Assembly: GCA_965262985.1 (NCBI GenBank) | Contig: OZ253576.1 | Coordinates: 1,031,806 to 1,095,805, forward strand | Length of the DNA: 64,000 nucleotides | Origin: Vicinamibacterales bacterium | GTDB lineage: Bacteria > Acidobacteriota > Vicinamibacteria > Vicinamibacterales > UBA8438 | Reading direction: 5' to 3' | Shown here: positions 39,320 to 48,957 of the stretch, piece after piece | Layout of the letters: the number at the start of each line of letters is the position of its first letter | How positions within the stretch are numbered: the first letter of the stretch is position 1 | Program-made: the position numbers and the translations under genes | The notes under the pieces: generated by a model | The model's input: only the letters and a program-made list of their open reading frames with translations | Told to the model about the DNA's origin: nothing | Database searches by the model: none

Positions 39320-40486
39320 ATGTCCTACCGCGCCGGCCGTCACTTCCTGCAGATTCCGGGACCGACAAACGTTCCCGACCGGGTCCTTCGGGCGATGGCC
39401 CGCCCGACCATCGACCACCGCGGACCGGAGTTTCAGCAGCTCGGGCGCGAGCTGCTCACGAACGTGCGGGAGGTGTTCCGCACCGGATGCCCGGTGGTGA
39501 TTTTCCCCGCGTCCGGCACCGGCGCCTGGGAGGCGGCCCTGGTCAACTGTCTCTCGGCCGGTGACCGGGTGCTGATGGTGGAGACCGGACACTTCGCCAC
39601 CTTGTGGAAACGGATCGCGCTCAACCTCGGGCTCCGCGTCGACTGGGTGCAGGGCGACTGGCGGCACGGTGTCGACCCCGGCGCGGTCGAAGCGAGGCTG
39701 GCCGATGACCGGGCGCATGCGATCAAGGCGGTCTGCGTGGTGCACAACGAGACATCGACCGGGGTGGCGAGCCGGATTCCGCTCGTGCGCCGCGCGATCG
39801 ACCAGGCCCGCCACCCCGCCCTGTTCATCGTCGACACGATCTCGTCGCTCGGGTCCATCGACTACCGCCACGACGAGTGGTCGGTCGACGTGACCGTCGG
39901 GGCGTCCCAGAAGGGGTTGATGCTGCCGCCCGGGCTCAGCTTCAATGCGGTCGGCGAGAAGGCGCTGGCCGCGCACCGCCGCGCCACGCTCCCGCGGGCG
40001 TTCTGGGACTGGAGCGCGGTGCTGGCCGCCAACGAGAAAGGGTTCTTTCCCTATACCCCGGCGACCAACCTGCTGTACGGCTTGCAGGAGGCGCTGGCGA
40101 TGCTGCGGGAAGAGGGCCTGTCCGCGGTGTTTGCCCGCCACGCACGGCACGCGGCGGCCACCCGTGCGGCCACGCGGGCGTGGGGGCTCGAGATTCTCTG
40201 CCGGAATCCCGAGGAATACAGCGCGTCGATCACCGCGGTCCTGACGCCCGACGGCCACGACGCGGATCGACTGCGCGAGACGGTGCTTGACCGTTTCGAT
40301 TTGTCGCTCGGGGTCGGGCTCGCGAAGCTGGCGGGGAAGGTGTTTCGGATCGGGCATCTCGGCGATCTCAATGACCTGAGCCTGCTCGGCACGCTGGGCG
40401 GTGTGGAGATGGGTCTGGCGCGGGCCGGAATTCCGCACCAGCCGTGCGGAGTGCAGGCGGCGATGAAGCTGCTGACCGACGCCTGA
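39320..40486 (+). CDS. Class V aminotransferase (serine/aspartate-glyoxylate aminotransferase-like)
   Basis: GRHFLQIPGPTNVP, SGTGAWE, VHNETSTG, DTISS, SQKGLMLPPG, FRIGHLG. Confidence 0.92.
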   Translation: MSYRAGRHFLQIPGPTNVPDRVLRAMARPTIDHRGPEFQQLGRELLTNVREVFRTGCPVVIFPASGTGAWEAALVNCLSAGDRVLMVETGHFATLWKRIALNLGLRVDWVQGDWRHGVDPGAVEARLADDRAHAIKAVCVVHNETSTGVASRIPLVRRAIDQARHPALFIVDTISSLGSIDYRHDEWSVDVTVGASQKGLMLPPGLSFNAVGEKALAAHRRATLPRAFWDWSAVLAANEKGFFPYTPATNLLYGLQEALAMLREEGLSAVFARHARHAAATRAATRAWGLEILCRNPEEYSASITAVLTPDGHDADRLRETVLDRFDLSLGVGLAKLAGKVFRIGHLGDLNDLSLLGTLGGVEMGLARAGIPHQPCGVQAAMKLLTDA

Positions 40487-40497
40487 TGTCGGAGAGA

Positions 40498-40523
40498 CCA
40501 GGAGTCTGCTGCTAGACTCCTGG
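40498..40523. other. Intergenic stem-loop (no U-tract)
   Basis: ccaggagtct-N6-agactcctgg, perfect 10-bp stem. Confidence 0.5.
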
Positions 40524-40570
40524 CGCCCGCGGGACCGCGGACGCGGGCCGCGGGTTGGACACGCAAGGAG

Positions 40571-42310
40571 ATGACGATGGCACGACGAATGCTCGGGCGG
40601 GTGGTGACGACATTGGCCGCGGCGGCGGTGGCGGGAACGGTGACGAGTTCGCCGGCGGCGGCGCAGACGCCGGCCGCCGACTATACGCCGGTGACGGACG
40701 AGCGGCTGCGGTCGCCGGACGCGGACGACTGGCTGATGTACCGGCGCACGTACGACAGTTGGGGGTACAGTCCACTGGACCAGATCACCACGGACAACGT
40801 GGCCGGCCTCGTGCCGGTCTGGTCGATGTCTACCGGGGTGGTGTCGGGCCATCAGTCGCCGCCGATGGTCAACGACGGCATCATGTTCGTCACGACGCCG
40901 GAAGACCAGGTGCTGGCGATCGACGCCCGGGGCGGGGAGCTGCTCTGGCGTTACCGGCGCCAGCTTCCCGAGGACACGCTGCGGGCGCACTGGACCAATC
41001 GCGGCGTCGGGTTGTACGGCGACAAGGTCTTCGTCACGACCCATGACGCAGTCGTGGTCGCGCTCGACGCGCGCACGGGCGAGGTCGTCTGGGAATCTTC
41101 CGTCGCCGACTACCGGAGCGGGTACTACATGACCATGGCGCCGCTCGTCGCGAACGGCAAGGTGCTGGTCGGCGCGTCGGGCGGCGAGCGCGGTATCCGG
41201 GGCTTCGTCGCCGCCTACGATCCCGACAGCGGACAGGAGGTCTGGCGGTCGCACACGGTGCCCGGCCCCGGCGAGCCCGGCAACGAGACGTGGCCCGGCG
41301 AGACCTGGCGCACCGGCGGCGCGTCGATCTGGATCACCGGGTCGTTCGACCCGGAGTTGAACCTGACCTACTGGGGCACCGGGAATCCGGGGCCGTGGAT
41401 CGGCGACCAGCGCCCCGGCGACAACCTGTATACGAACTCCGTGGTCGCCTTCGACGCCGACACCGGCGACCTGAAGGCGTATCACCAGTATCACCACAAC
41501 GGCTCGTGGGACTGGGACGAGGTCTCGGCGCCGCTGCTGATCGACGTGCCGCGGGCCGGGCGCACCGTCAAGGCGCTGGTCCACCCGGCGCGCAACGGCT
41601 ATCTGTGGCTGCTCGAGCGCGAGGCGAACGCCATCAACTTCGTCGACGCGCAGCCCTACGTCGATCAGAACGTGTTCCGGTCGATCGACCCGCAGACGGG
41701 ACGTCCCGAGTACGACGAGGAGCGGAAGCCGGGCACCAACAAGCCGGCGACGTTCTGTCCGTCGTTGTGGGGTGGCAAGGACTGGCCGCCGGCCGCCTAC
41801 AGCCCGCAGACGGGATATCTCTACATCCCGGCCAATGAGAATCTCTGCACGACGATGGTGGGGCGCGAGGTCGAATACCGGCCGGGCGCCGGATACACGG
41901 GTGCGACGTCACAGGTCTTCGTGGTCGACGGCGCCGACCACCTGGGCGAGCTGCAGGCGTGGGATCTCTCGACGGGTGAACAGGTGTGGACCCACGAGTT
42001 CGCCGAGTCGCAGAACTGGGGCCCGATTCTGACCACCGGCGGCGGTCTGGTCTTCGCAGGGGGTACCCACGACCGCTATTTCAGGGCCTTCGATGCGCGC
42101 ACGGGTGAAGTGTTGTGGGAACAGCGCACGAACTCGGGCGTCACCGGGGTGCCATCCTCGTATGCCATCGACGGGGTGCAGTACATCGCGGTGCAGTCTG
42201 GCTGGGGCGTCGACGCGCAGGGCATGCAGCGCGCGGTCAACGCGCATCTCGAACGCGACATCCAGGTGCCGCAGGGCGGCGTCATCTGGGTCTTCGCGCT
42301 GCGGCAGTGA
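40571..42310 (+). CDS. PQQ-dependent dehydrogenase
   Basis: AAGGAG RBS, signal peptide, DWLMYRRTY, GGERGIRG, WGTGNPGP, WDWD, GGKDW, QYIAV. Confidence 0.9.
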   Translation: MTMARRMLGRVVTTLAAAAVAGTVTSSPAAAQTPAADYTPVTDERLRSPDADDWLMYRRTYDSWGYSPLDQITTDNVAGLVPVWSMSTGVVSGHQSPPMVNDGIMFVTTPEDQVLAIDARGGELLWRYRRQLPEDTLRAHWTNRGVGLYGDKVFVTTHDAVVVALDARTGEVVWESSVADYRSGYYMTMAPLVANGKVLVGASGGERGIRGFVAAYDPDSGQEVWRSHTVPGPGEPGNETWPGETWRTGGASIWITGSFDPELNLTYWGTGNPGPWIGDQRPGDNLYTNSVVAFDADTGDLKAYHQYHHNGSWDWDEVSAPLLIDVPRAGRTVKALVHPARNGYLWLLEREANAINFVDAQPYVDQNVFRSIDPQTGRPEYDEERKPGTNKPATFCPSLWGGKDWPPAAYSPQTGYLYIPANENLCTTMVGREVEYRPGAGYTGATSQVFVVDGADHLGELQAWDLSTGEQVWTHEFAESQNWGPILTTGGGLVFAGGTHDRYFRAFDARTGEVLWEQRTNSGVTGVPSSYAIDGVQYIAVQSGWGVDAQGMQRAVNAHLERDIQVPQGGVIWVFALRQ

Positions 42311-42379
42311 GCGCCGCGCACTGACCGGCCGATGGCCGCGGGTGGACGGCGGGCCGTGCACTGACCGCCCGCGGGCCCT

Positions 42380-44509
42380 CTACTTTGCGAGCGGGTCGGG
42401 ACGGATCTGGAACTTCACGTTCTTCTGATGCGTGCCGGACCCGCCCTCGAGGTGCCAGGCGGCGTAGTTCGAGTAGCTCGACCACAACCCCTTGCCCTTC
42501 CAGCCTGCCGCCGGGTCGTCGATGCGTCCGTTCGACGAGCGCGAGAAGAAGCCCATCGGATAGGGCACCCGCAGCGTCACGAACTGTCCCGTGTCAGGCA
42601 CGAACACTTCGAGCGAGTCGGTGTTGACCACCCCGTAGAGCGGGACGTCGTGTCCCAGGCCCAGCACGTCGTGATGGTCGATCTGCGTGAGATAGCTCTC
42701 GTCGGAGTTGATCGGGAACTCGGCGTTCGAAAAGGTCGGCTTCTCCATGCGGTGGAACGTCCACCCATCGGGGCAGCTCTGGCCCGTCGCTCCCGGGTCG
42801 GCGGTGTCGGCGCACAGGCGGCGGTCGAACGAGGCAAAATGTCCACTGCCGCGCCAATCCTGCCAGGCGACGCCGTCGTTGGTGAAATGCAGGCCGCCGC
42901 TGCCGTACGCGGCCGGGTTCATCAGGGTCGGGGGCGGCTCGTAGACCTCGGCCTTGCATGACTGCGGCGGGTTCGCGCCGAGATCGATCCGTACCAGCTT
43001 GTTGTCGGCCTGCCCGTTGCCGGAGCACCAGACGCTGCCATCGGTCGGGTTCACCGCCGGCGAGTAGCACCCGAACCGAATGCGATGGTCCCGGGTCGCC
43101 TCGATGGCGTCGCCCGGTTCGGTCCAGCCCGCCGTGATCACGCCGTCGCCGGTCGTATCGACGACCCCCGGACACCAGCCCTGCGCCGCTTCGGCGTCCC
43201 CGGTGTCGTCCCAGACCTCCATGTCGATCCAGCCCAGGCCGGCATTGAAGCCGTAGTAGATGACGTCGTTCTCGCCGATCATGTTGTGGTCGGCCGAGAA
43301 GCAGGTGTCGATCTCGGAAAACGCCTCCGCTGCGGGGTCGTACACGAACACCTGCCGGCTGCCGCGTTGCAGCGGATAGTAGCCGGCGAAGCGGTTCGAC
43401 GCGCCCGTGCAGAACTGCGGCTGGGCATCTGCGGCCCGGATGCGGCCGGTGAGCCAGACCCGTCCCTCGCCGTCCATCGCGACGCTGCGTGGATCGGCCT
43501 GGCGGGCCCAGATGTCGTCGTCGCCCCAGTATGGCGATTCCGGCGTGTCGGTCTGAATCGTCGGCCCGTTCGAGGGAATGGCGATGGTGGTCGCCCGATG
43601 CTCGACAGGATCGAGCACGGCCAGGATGTCGCTGGGTTGCACGACACCGTAGACGAGGCCGTTCGCGTTGACCGTCGCGTCGCGCACGTCCGACGCGGCG
43701 CTGTCGGTGCGGCCGTCGGTGGCGGTGCCCCAGTCCCAGAGGGTGACGACGACGTTGCGTTCGATACCCGCCGGCCGCGGTGGAATCTGGGCGGGGGTCT
43801 CACCGGCGGCGATGCGGTCGGTCCAGTCGGCGAACATGCGCCGCTGGTCGCCCAGACGGCGGTACATGCCGTTCATGCTGGCCCCCATCGGCCCCATCGC
43901 GACACGCCGGTCCCACGCCGCGAGGTGCGAGTCGGCGCTGCTCAGAATGCTGCCGGGAATCTCCCGTGTCGCTCTGTTGCCCAGTTGGTGGCAGTTGAGA
44001 CATCCGGTGACCGAGCTGCCGAGCACCTGCTGGGAATGCTCTCCCGGCGGCAGCTCGATCATCGACAGCCACCACGCCGCCGGGTACACCTGGGCCGCCG
44101 CCGCCGCATCCGGGGCGACGACGCCCTCGAGATCGACGATCTGACCCGGTGAGGCGGAGACACGCGCAGAATCGACCAGCCCGTAGCCGCGCACGAACAG
44201 GTCGTACGTGGCGTCCGGCAGATCGGGCAGCACGTAGCGGCCCTCGTCGTCGGTCGCCACGATGCGGATGAACCGGGTCGGCAGGTCGGTCGTCTCGGCG
44301 ACCACCCAGACGCCCGCTTCCGGGCCGGCGGTGCTCGTGACGGTGCCCCCGATGTCGTCGGCGTCGATCTCGATGCCGGCCGCGGCGCCCGTTGCGTCTG
44401 CGCCGGCTGGCGGTTCGCCCGTGCAGTTCGCCGCTACGGCAAGGGCGCCGGCCAGGCATCCCGCCCGCAGCACGTCGCGCAGCCGATAGCTTCCAGGACC
44501 ATTCGCCAT
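42380..44509 (-). CDS. Secreted carboxypeptidase-regulatory-like domain protein with CxxCH haem c motif
   Basis: Signal/lipoprotein-like start, GPEAGVWV.AET, VRGYGL, CLNCH, LRVPYPMGF. GGAGG RBS. Confidence 0.8.
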   Translation of the reverse strand: MANGPGSYRLRDVLRAGCLAGALAVAANCTGEPPAGADATGAAAGIEIDADDIGGTVTSTAGPEAGVWVVAETTDLPTRFIRIVATDDEGRYVLPDLPDATYDLFVRGYGLVDSARVSASPGQIVDLEGVVAPDAAAAAQVYPAAWWLSMIELPPGEHSQQVLGSSVTGCLNCHQLGNRATREIPGSILSSADSHLAAWDRRVAMGPMGASMNGMYRRLGDQRRMFADWTDRIAAGETPAQIPPRPAGIERNVVVTLWDWGTATDGRTDSAASDVRDATVNANGLVYGVVQPSDILAVLDPVEHRATTIAIPSNGPTIQTDTPESPYWGDDDIWARQADPRSVAMDGEGRVWLTGRIRAADAQPQFCTGASNRFAGYYPLQRGSRQVFVYDPAAEAFSEIDTCFSADHNMIGENDVIYYGFNAGLGWIDMEVWDDTGDAEAAQGWCPGVVDTTGDGVITAGWTEPGDAIEATRDHRIRFGCYSPAVNPTDGSVWCSGNGQADNKLVRIDLGANPPQSCKAEVYEPPPTLMNPAAYGSGGLHFTNDGVAWQDWRGSGHFASFDRRLCADTADPGATGQSCPDGWTFHRMEKPTFSNAEFPINSDESYLTQIDHHDVLGLGHDVPLYGVVNTDSLEVFVPDTGQFVTLRVPYPMGFFSRSSNGRIDDPAAGWKGKGLWSSYSNYAAWHLEGGSGTHQKNVKFQIRPDPLAK

Positions 44510-44637
44510 GACGTCCCTCCCGTATGCCGCATGAATGCCGCCTGTCGGTGCGACACAGCATACGCCATGTGCGGGATGCAGCGCAGGGAGAGGTCGGGGG
44601 ACCCGCTCGCGCGCGTCACCCAGCCGGCGGCGGACAG

Positions 44638-44667
44638 AAAAACGGCCCGGCATGAATGCCGGGCCGT
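44638..44667 (-). terminator. Rho-independent terminator after the DUF1552 gene
   Basis: Minus strand acggcccggca-ttca-tgccgggccgt followed by tttt. Confidence 0.75.
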
Positions 44668-44717
44668 GGTGAAATCCGGGCGCCTGCCCGCCGCACGTGT
44701 CGCGGCGGTTATCGCAG

Positions 44718-46052
44718 CTACCCGACGCTCAGCAGTTCGAGCTTTCCGGTGCTGCCGCTCATCTTGTCCACCGGGATGCCCATCTTGTCGAGAATCGTGA
44801 GGTGCAGGTTGCTGACCGGCGTCCGCTCGGCATAGCGGATGTGACCGGCCGGTTTCAACTGTCCGGAACCGCCGCCGACGAGCACGAGGGGCAGGCCCTT
44901 GTTGTCATGCCGGTTGCTGTCGGACATGCCGGCGCCGTAGATCGTCACCATGTTGTCGAGCAGGGTGCCGTCGCCGTCAGGCGTCGCCCGCGCCTTCTCG
45001 AGGAAATACGAGAACAACGACAGGTGGAACTCGTTGATCTTCGCGATCTTCTCGTAGAGCGTCGGGTCGTTGCGGTGGTGCGACGTGGGGTGATGCGAGT
45101 CGGGAACCCCGATTTCCGGATAGGTGCGGCCGCTGATCTCGCGCGCCAGCATGTAGGTGCTGACCCGTGTCAGGTCGGTCTGATAGGCGAGCAGCAGCAG
45201 GTCGAACATCAGCTTGGCGTGCTCTTCGTAGGTGGCCGGGATGCCGGCCGGCTGGTCGACTTCCGGCAGCTCGCGGTCACTCTGTTCCTCGGCCTTCTGG
45301 ATACGGCGTTCGATGTCGCGCACCGCCTCCAGATACTCGTTGACCCGGAGCTGGTCGTTGGGACCCAGCCCGCGCTGCAGCGCGTCGATCTTGTCCGACA
45401 CCGAGTCGAGAATGCTCTGATCCTTCCTGATTCGGAGCAGACGCGCCGCCGGATCGGTCGAGCCGCTGTCGCCGAACAGCCGCTCGAACACGGCCCGCGG
45501 GTTGTTCTCGCCCATGAGCGGGGTGGTCTCGTTGCGCCAGGAGATCGTGTTCGTGTAGGTGCAACTGAACCCGACGTCGCAGGAGCCGGAGACGTCGCGG
45601 CTGTCCAGGGCGATCTCGAGCGACCCGAGCTGCGTGTGCTGCGCGAACTCCCGGGCGATGAGCTGGTCGACCGAGACGCCGGCGCGCAGGTTCGACTCGG
45701 TGCGGGCCGGTGTGACGCCGGTCAGGAAGCGGGTGGCGGCGCTGGCGTGGACCCCGGCATTGCTGGGAACCCCGTTCAGACCCGTCAGCAGCGTCATCTG
45801 GTCGCGGTACGCGGCAATCGGATTGAGCAGCCGGGTAGTCTCGAAGGCGCTTCCCTCGCCCTCGGGCGTCCAGTGCTTCATCGCCATCCCGTTCGGCACG
45901 TAGACGACGCCGAAACGGCGCACCGGATTGGCGGCGCTGTTGCGGATGGCGGCGAATGCCGGCACCATGCCGTCGAGCAGCGGCAGCGCCAGACCGGCGC
46001 CGATGCCCCGCAGCACGGTACGGCGAGGGATAGCCTTCTTGGTGATCATCAT
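44718..46052 (-). CDS. DUF1552 (HXXSHH) domain protein, Tat signal
   Basis: RRTVLRG..LALPLLDGM, YVPNG, SVDQLIA, HHPTSHH, DGTLLDN. Confidence 0.9.
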   Translation of the reverse strand: MMITKKAIPRRTVLRGIGAGLALPLLDGMVPAFAAIRNSAANPVRRFGVVYVPNGMAMKHWTPEGEGSAFETTRLLNPIAAYRDQMTLLTGLNGVPSNAGVHASAATRFLTGVTPARTESNLRAGVSVDQLIAREFAQHTQLGSLEIALDSRDVSGSCDVGFSCTYTNTISWRNETTPLMGENNPRAVFERLFGDSGSTDPAARLLRIRKDQSILDSVSDKIDALQRGLGPNDQLRVNEYLEAVRDIERRIQKAEEQSDRELPEVDQPAGIPATYEEHAKLMFDLLLLAYQTDLTRVSTYMLAREISGRTYPEIGVPDSHHPTSHHRNDPTLYEKIAKINEFHLSLFSYFLEKARATPDGDGTLLDNMVTIYGAGMSDSNRHDNKGLPLVLVGGGSGQLKPAGHIRYAERTPVSNLHLTILDKMGIPVDKMSGSTGKLELLSVG

Positions 46053-48541
46053 GAGTCTGACCTCCGCATCTGGAACGCGGTGCTCTTCACAATTCCGAGG
46101 ATGATAGTTGACCAGCGGTAGTCGTCGCCAGCCGCGTCACGCACGATTCCTCTCACGGTCGGGGCGTCGTAGTACTCGATCCCGCGTCCCAGGGCATATC
46201 CCATCAGTTTTTCGGTCACGGTGCCCACGAAGTCGTCGGGACGATCGAGCAGCAGGTCACGCAGTCCGGTCGGCCCCTCGAACGCGGCGCCGTCCGGCAG
46301 CGTTCCCGTCGCGTCGATCGGCGTGCCCGCCTCGCTGACCTGGCGCCAGTTTCCGACGGCGTCGAAGTTCTCCAGCGAAAATCCGATCGGGTCCATCGGC
46401 GCATGACAGACGGCGCAGGAGGGGTTCTCGCGGTGCTGCACCATCGCCTGACGCATCGACAGCGGTTCGCCGTCTTCGTTCTTTTCCTCGAGGGTCGGCA
46501 CGTCGGGCGGCGGCTCGGGCGGCGGCGCGCCCAGCAGGTTCTCGAGCACCCATTTGCCGCGCAGCACCGGCGACGTGCGGTTCGGATACGACGTGACCGT
46601 CATGACGCTGCCGTGGCTCAGCAACCCGGCGCGCTCGCCGTCGGCGAAGGTCACCTTCCGGAACCGGTTGCCGTAGATGTTCGGGATGCCGTAGTGCTCG
46701 GCCAGCCGCTCGTTCACGAACGTGTAGTTCGCCCGCAGCAGGTCGAGCACGCTGCGGTCTTCCTGCAACAGGCTTTCGATGAAAAGCCGGGTCTCCTGCT
46801 GATAGGCCTCGCGCAGGTTGTCGTCGAAGTGCGGGAAGGCCAGCGGGTCCGGATACACGGTCTGCACGTTGCGGAAGTGCAGCCACTGACCGGCGAAGTT
46901 CTCCACCAGCGCGGTGGCGCGCTCGTCGGCCAGCATCCGCCGCACCTGCTGCTCGAGGATGTCCGGCTCGCTGAGGCTGCCGTTCTCGGCGACCGCCAGC
47001 AGCTCGTCGTCCGGCATGCTGCTCCAGAGGAAGAACGACAACCGCGACGCCAGCTCGACGTCGCGCAGTGCGTAGATGGCGCCCGGGGCGCCGTCGACCG
47101 GGTCGTTCTCGATGCGATACAGGAACTCGGGGTCGGCGAGCAGGCGCTCGAGGGCGAAGCCGATGCCTTCGTCGAAGCTGCCGCCGCTGCGGCCCGCTTC
47201 GAAGAAGCTGAGCAGTGTGCGGACGTCGCCGTCGGTGACCGGCCGGCGATAGGCGCGGCGCGCGAGCGTCGAGAGGATCTCGGTGGCGCAGGGCAGCTCG
47301 TCGCCGCCGGCGGCCGGGGTGCACGAGAACACGCGGCGCCGCGTCGGGGTCACTCCCGGCCCGTCGACGACGAAGGGGCCGCTGATCTCGACCCGGTCGA
47401 GCGCCGGATTGGAGTCCGGCATGTCGTTCACCGCCAGGGCGAAGCCGGTCTGACGCGGTTGCAGCACGCCATCTTCTTCCCAGGTTTCGCGCGGGAACGA
47501 AACGCCGATCAGGTGCGGGCCGGCGTCGACGGCAATGCGCACTTCAAGGTCGTCGTCGGCGTGCAGCGTGTAGGACTCCCACACGTCATCGCCGCGAATG
47601 TTGCCCGCAAAGCTGATGGGGGCTGGCGTGCCGGGGGCCTCGCCGCCGAAGGTGAACTGCCGGATGCGGCGGCCGTCGAGCCGGATCTCGACGTCGTGCG
47701 CCTGGTCGATGCCGCGCACGTAGCCGACGTAGTTCGTGCGCAGGCGCAGCTTGATCAGATACTCGCCATCGACCGGGAAGTGGTGCCGGACAGCCGTCCC
47801 GCCGCGCGACCCGAACGGCAGGTCCTCGCTCTGCTGGTTCTCCTGAACAAGCAGCAGCGGAACCTCGTAGGTCTCGATAACGCTGCCTCCCGCCGGCGGA
47901 CGGCCGATGGCCAGCCGGCTGATCTTCCGCGCCGCCGAGACGTAACGCTCGAACAGGGCGGGGGACAGCGACAGGGCGCCGGCGTTGTTGTCGAACCCGT
48001 AGCGGTCCGGGGCGTCCGCCGGAATCCACTCGCCGACATCGATGTTCAGGTCGAGCAGATCGCGAATGACGTTGCGGTATTCGGTCTGATTCAGACGGTG
48101 AAACGCCTGCGTCCGGCCAGGGTTGGGGTTCGCCTCGGCGGCGCGATCCAGCTCGTCTTCGAGCCAGCGCCGGAACCGGTCGTAGGTCGCCTTGTCCGGT
48201 CGGGGCCGCGGCTGCGGTGGCATGGCGCCCACCCGCAGTTTGCGCACGACGCTTTCCCAGATCTCCGGATGTTCGGCGACGTTGTCGACGTTCACGTCGT
48301 CCAGCGCCAGTCCTACGGCGCGCAACTGCGAGATGAGCAGCGAGCGCGGTTCGTCGGTGCCGTCGACGTAGTCGCCGTTGTGGCAGGTGACGCAATACTC
48401 GTCAAGGAGCGCGCGCTGAGGCGAAACCACGGCCGGGGCGCCGCCCGCGCGTGGCGGCTGACCCGCCGCCTGGGGCGACAGGGACGCCCAGAAGGCGGCG
48501 ACGAGCACCGTTCCGCCGACCGCACATACACCTCTACGCAC
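46049..48541 (-). CDS. DUF1592/DUF1588/DUF1585 (PSD) protein with cytochrome c domain
   Basis: CVTCH, MPP, RLNQTEYRN, ELASRLSFFLWSS.PD, TSPVLRGKW, CAVCH. ATGA coupling to DUF1552. Confidence 0.9.
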   Translation of the reverse strand: MRRGVCAVGGTVLVAAFWASLSPQAAGQPPRAGGAPAVVSPQRALLDEYCVTCHNGDYVDGTDEPRSLLISQLRAVGLALDDVNVDNVAEHPEIWESVVRKLRVGAMPPQPRPRPDKATYDRFRRWLEDELDRAAEANPNPGRTQAFHRLNQTEYRNVIRDLLDLNIDVGEWIPADAPDRYGFDNNAGALSLSPALFERYVSAARKISRLAIGRPPAGGSVIETYEVPLLLVQENQQSEDLPFGSRGGTAVRHHFPVDGEYLIKLRLRTNYVGYVRGIDQAHDVEIRLDGRRIRQFTFGGEAPGTPAPISFAGNIRGDDVWESYTLHADDDLEVRIAVDAGPHLIGVSFPRETWEEDGVLQPRQTGFALAVNDMPDSNPALDRVEISGPFVVDGPGVTPTRRRVFSCTPAAGGDELPCATEILSTLARRAYRRPVTDGDVRTLLSFFEAGRSGGSFDEGIGFALERLLADPEFLYRIENDPVDGAPGAIYALRDVELASRLSFFLWSSMPDDELLAVAENGSLSEPDILEQQVRRMLADERATALVENFAGQWLHFRNVQTVYPDPLAFPHFDDNLREAYQQETRLFIESLLQEDRSVLDLLRANYTFVNERLAEHYGIPNIYGNRFRKVTFADGERAGLLSHGSVMTVTSYPNRTSPVLRGKWVLENLLGAPPPEPPPDVPTLEEKNEDGEPLSMRQAMVQHRENPSCAVCHAPMDPIGFSLENFDAVGNWRQVSEAGTPIDATGTLPDGAAFEGPTGLRDLLLDRPDDFVGTVTEKLMGYALGRGIEYYDAPTVRGIVRDAAGDDYRWSTIILGIVKSTAFQMRRSDS

Positions 48542-48656
48542 CGACCTGCCTTCCTCGTGGTCTGCCCGCTACATACACTTCAAGACACGATAGTGTGGAC
48601 CCAAGGGCGCGTCGTTGTCAATCGTGGTCCCGTGCGGTAGGATGACGTTCTGAGAA

Positions 48657-48944
48657 GTAGGGGCAACCCTTGTGGTTGCCCTGTTCGTCTGCCGGAACAA
48701 CGCAGATCGGCAGGTTTCGGCATGAAACCGCAGAATTCCGCGGGGAAGCGCAGAATTCCGTAGGGGCAACCCTTGTGGTTGCCCTGTTCGTCTGCCGGAA
48801 CAACGCACATCAGCGGGATGCAACGTCGATCCGCAGATGTGCACGCGGATCGGCGGGTTTCAGCGTGAAACAGCAGAATTCCGCGGGGAAGCGCAGAATT
48901 CAGCGGGGATCGAATGCAGCGGGGCTTTCGCCACGGGCTGCCAA
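48657..48944. mobile_element. MITE-like modular repeat, copy F (two REP modules plus right terminus)
   Basis: REPs at 48657-48681 and 48760-48784, repeated gcagaattc modules, ends gcggggctttcgccacgggctgcc. Confidence 0.85.
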
Positions 48945-48957
48945 GGAGAACGTGTCG

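Noticed and set aside
48657-48944. Palindromic repeats with intervening sequence, resembling a mini CRISPR array
   Set aside because: Only two units. The intervening sequences are themselves repeated modules found elsewhere, and there are no cas genes. It fits the REP/MITE family.
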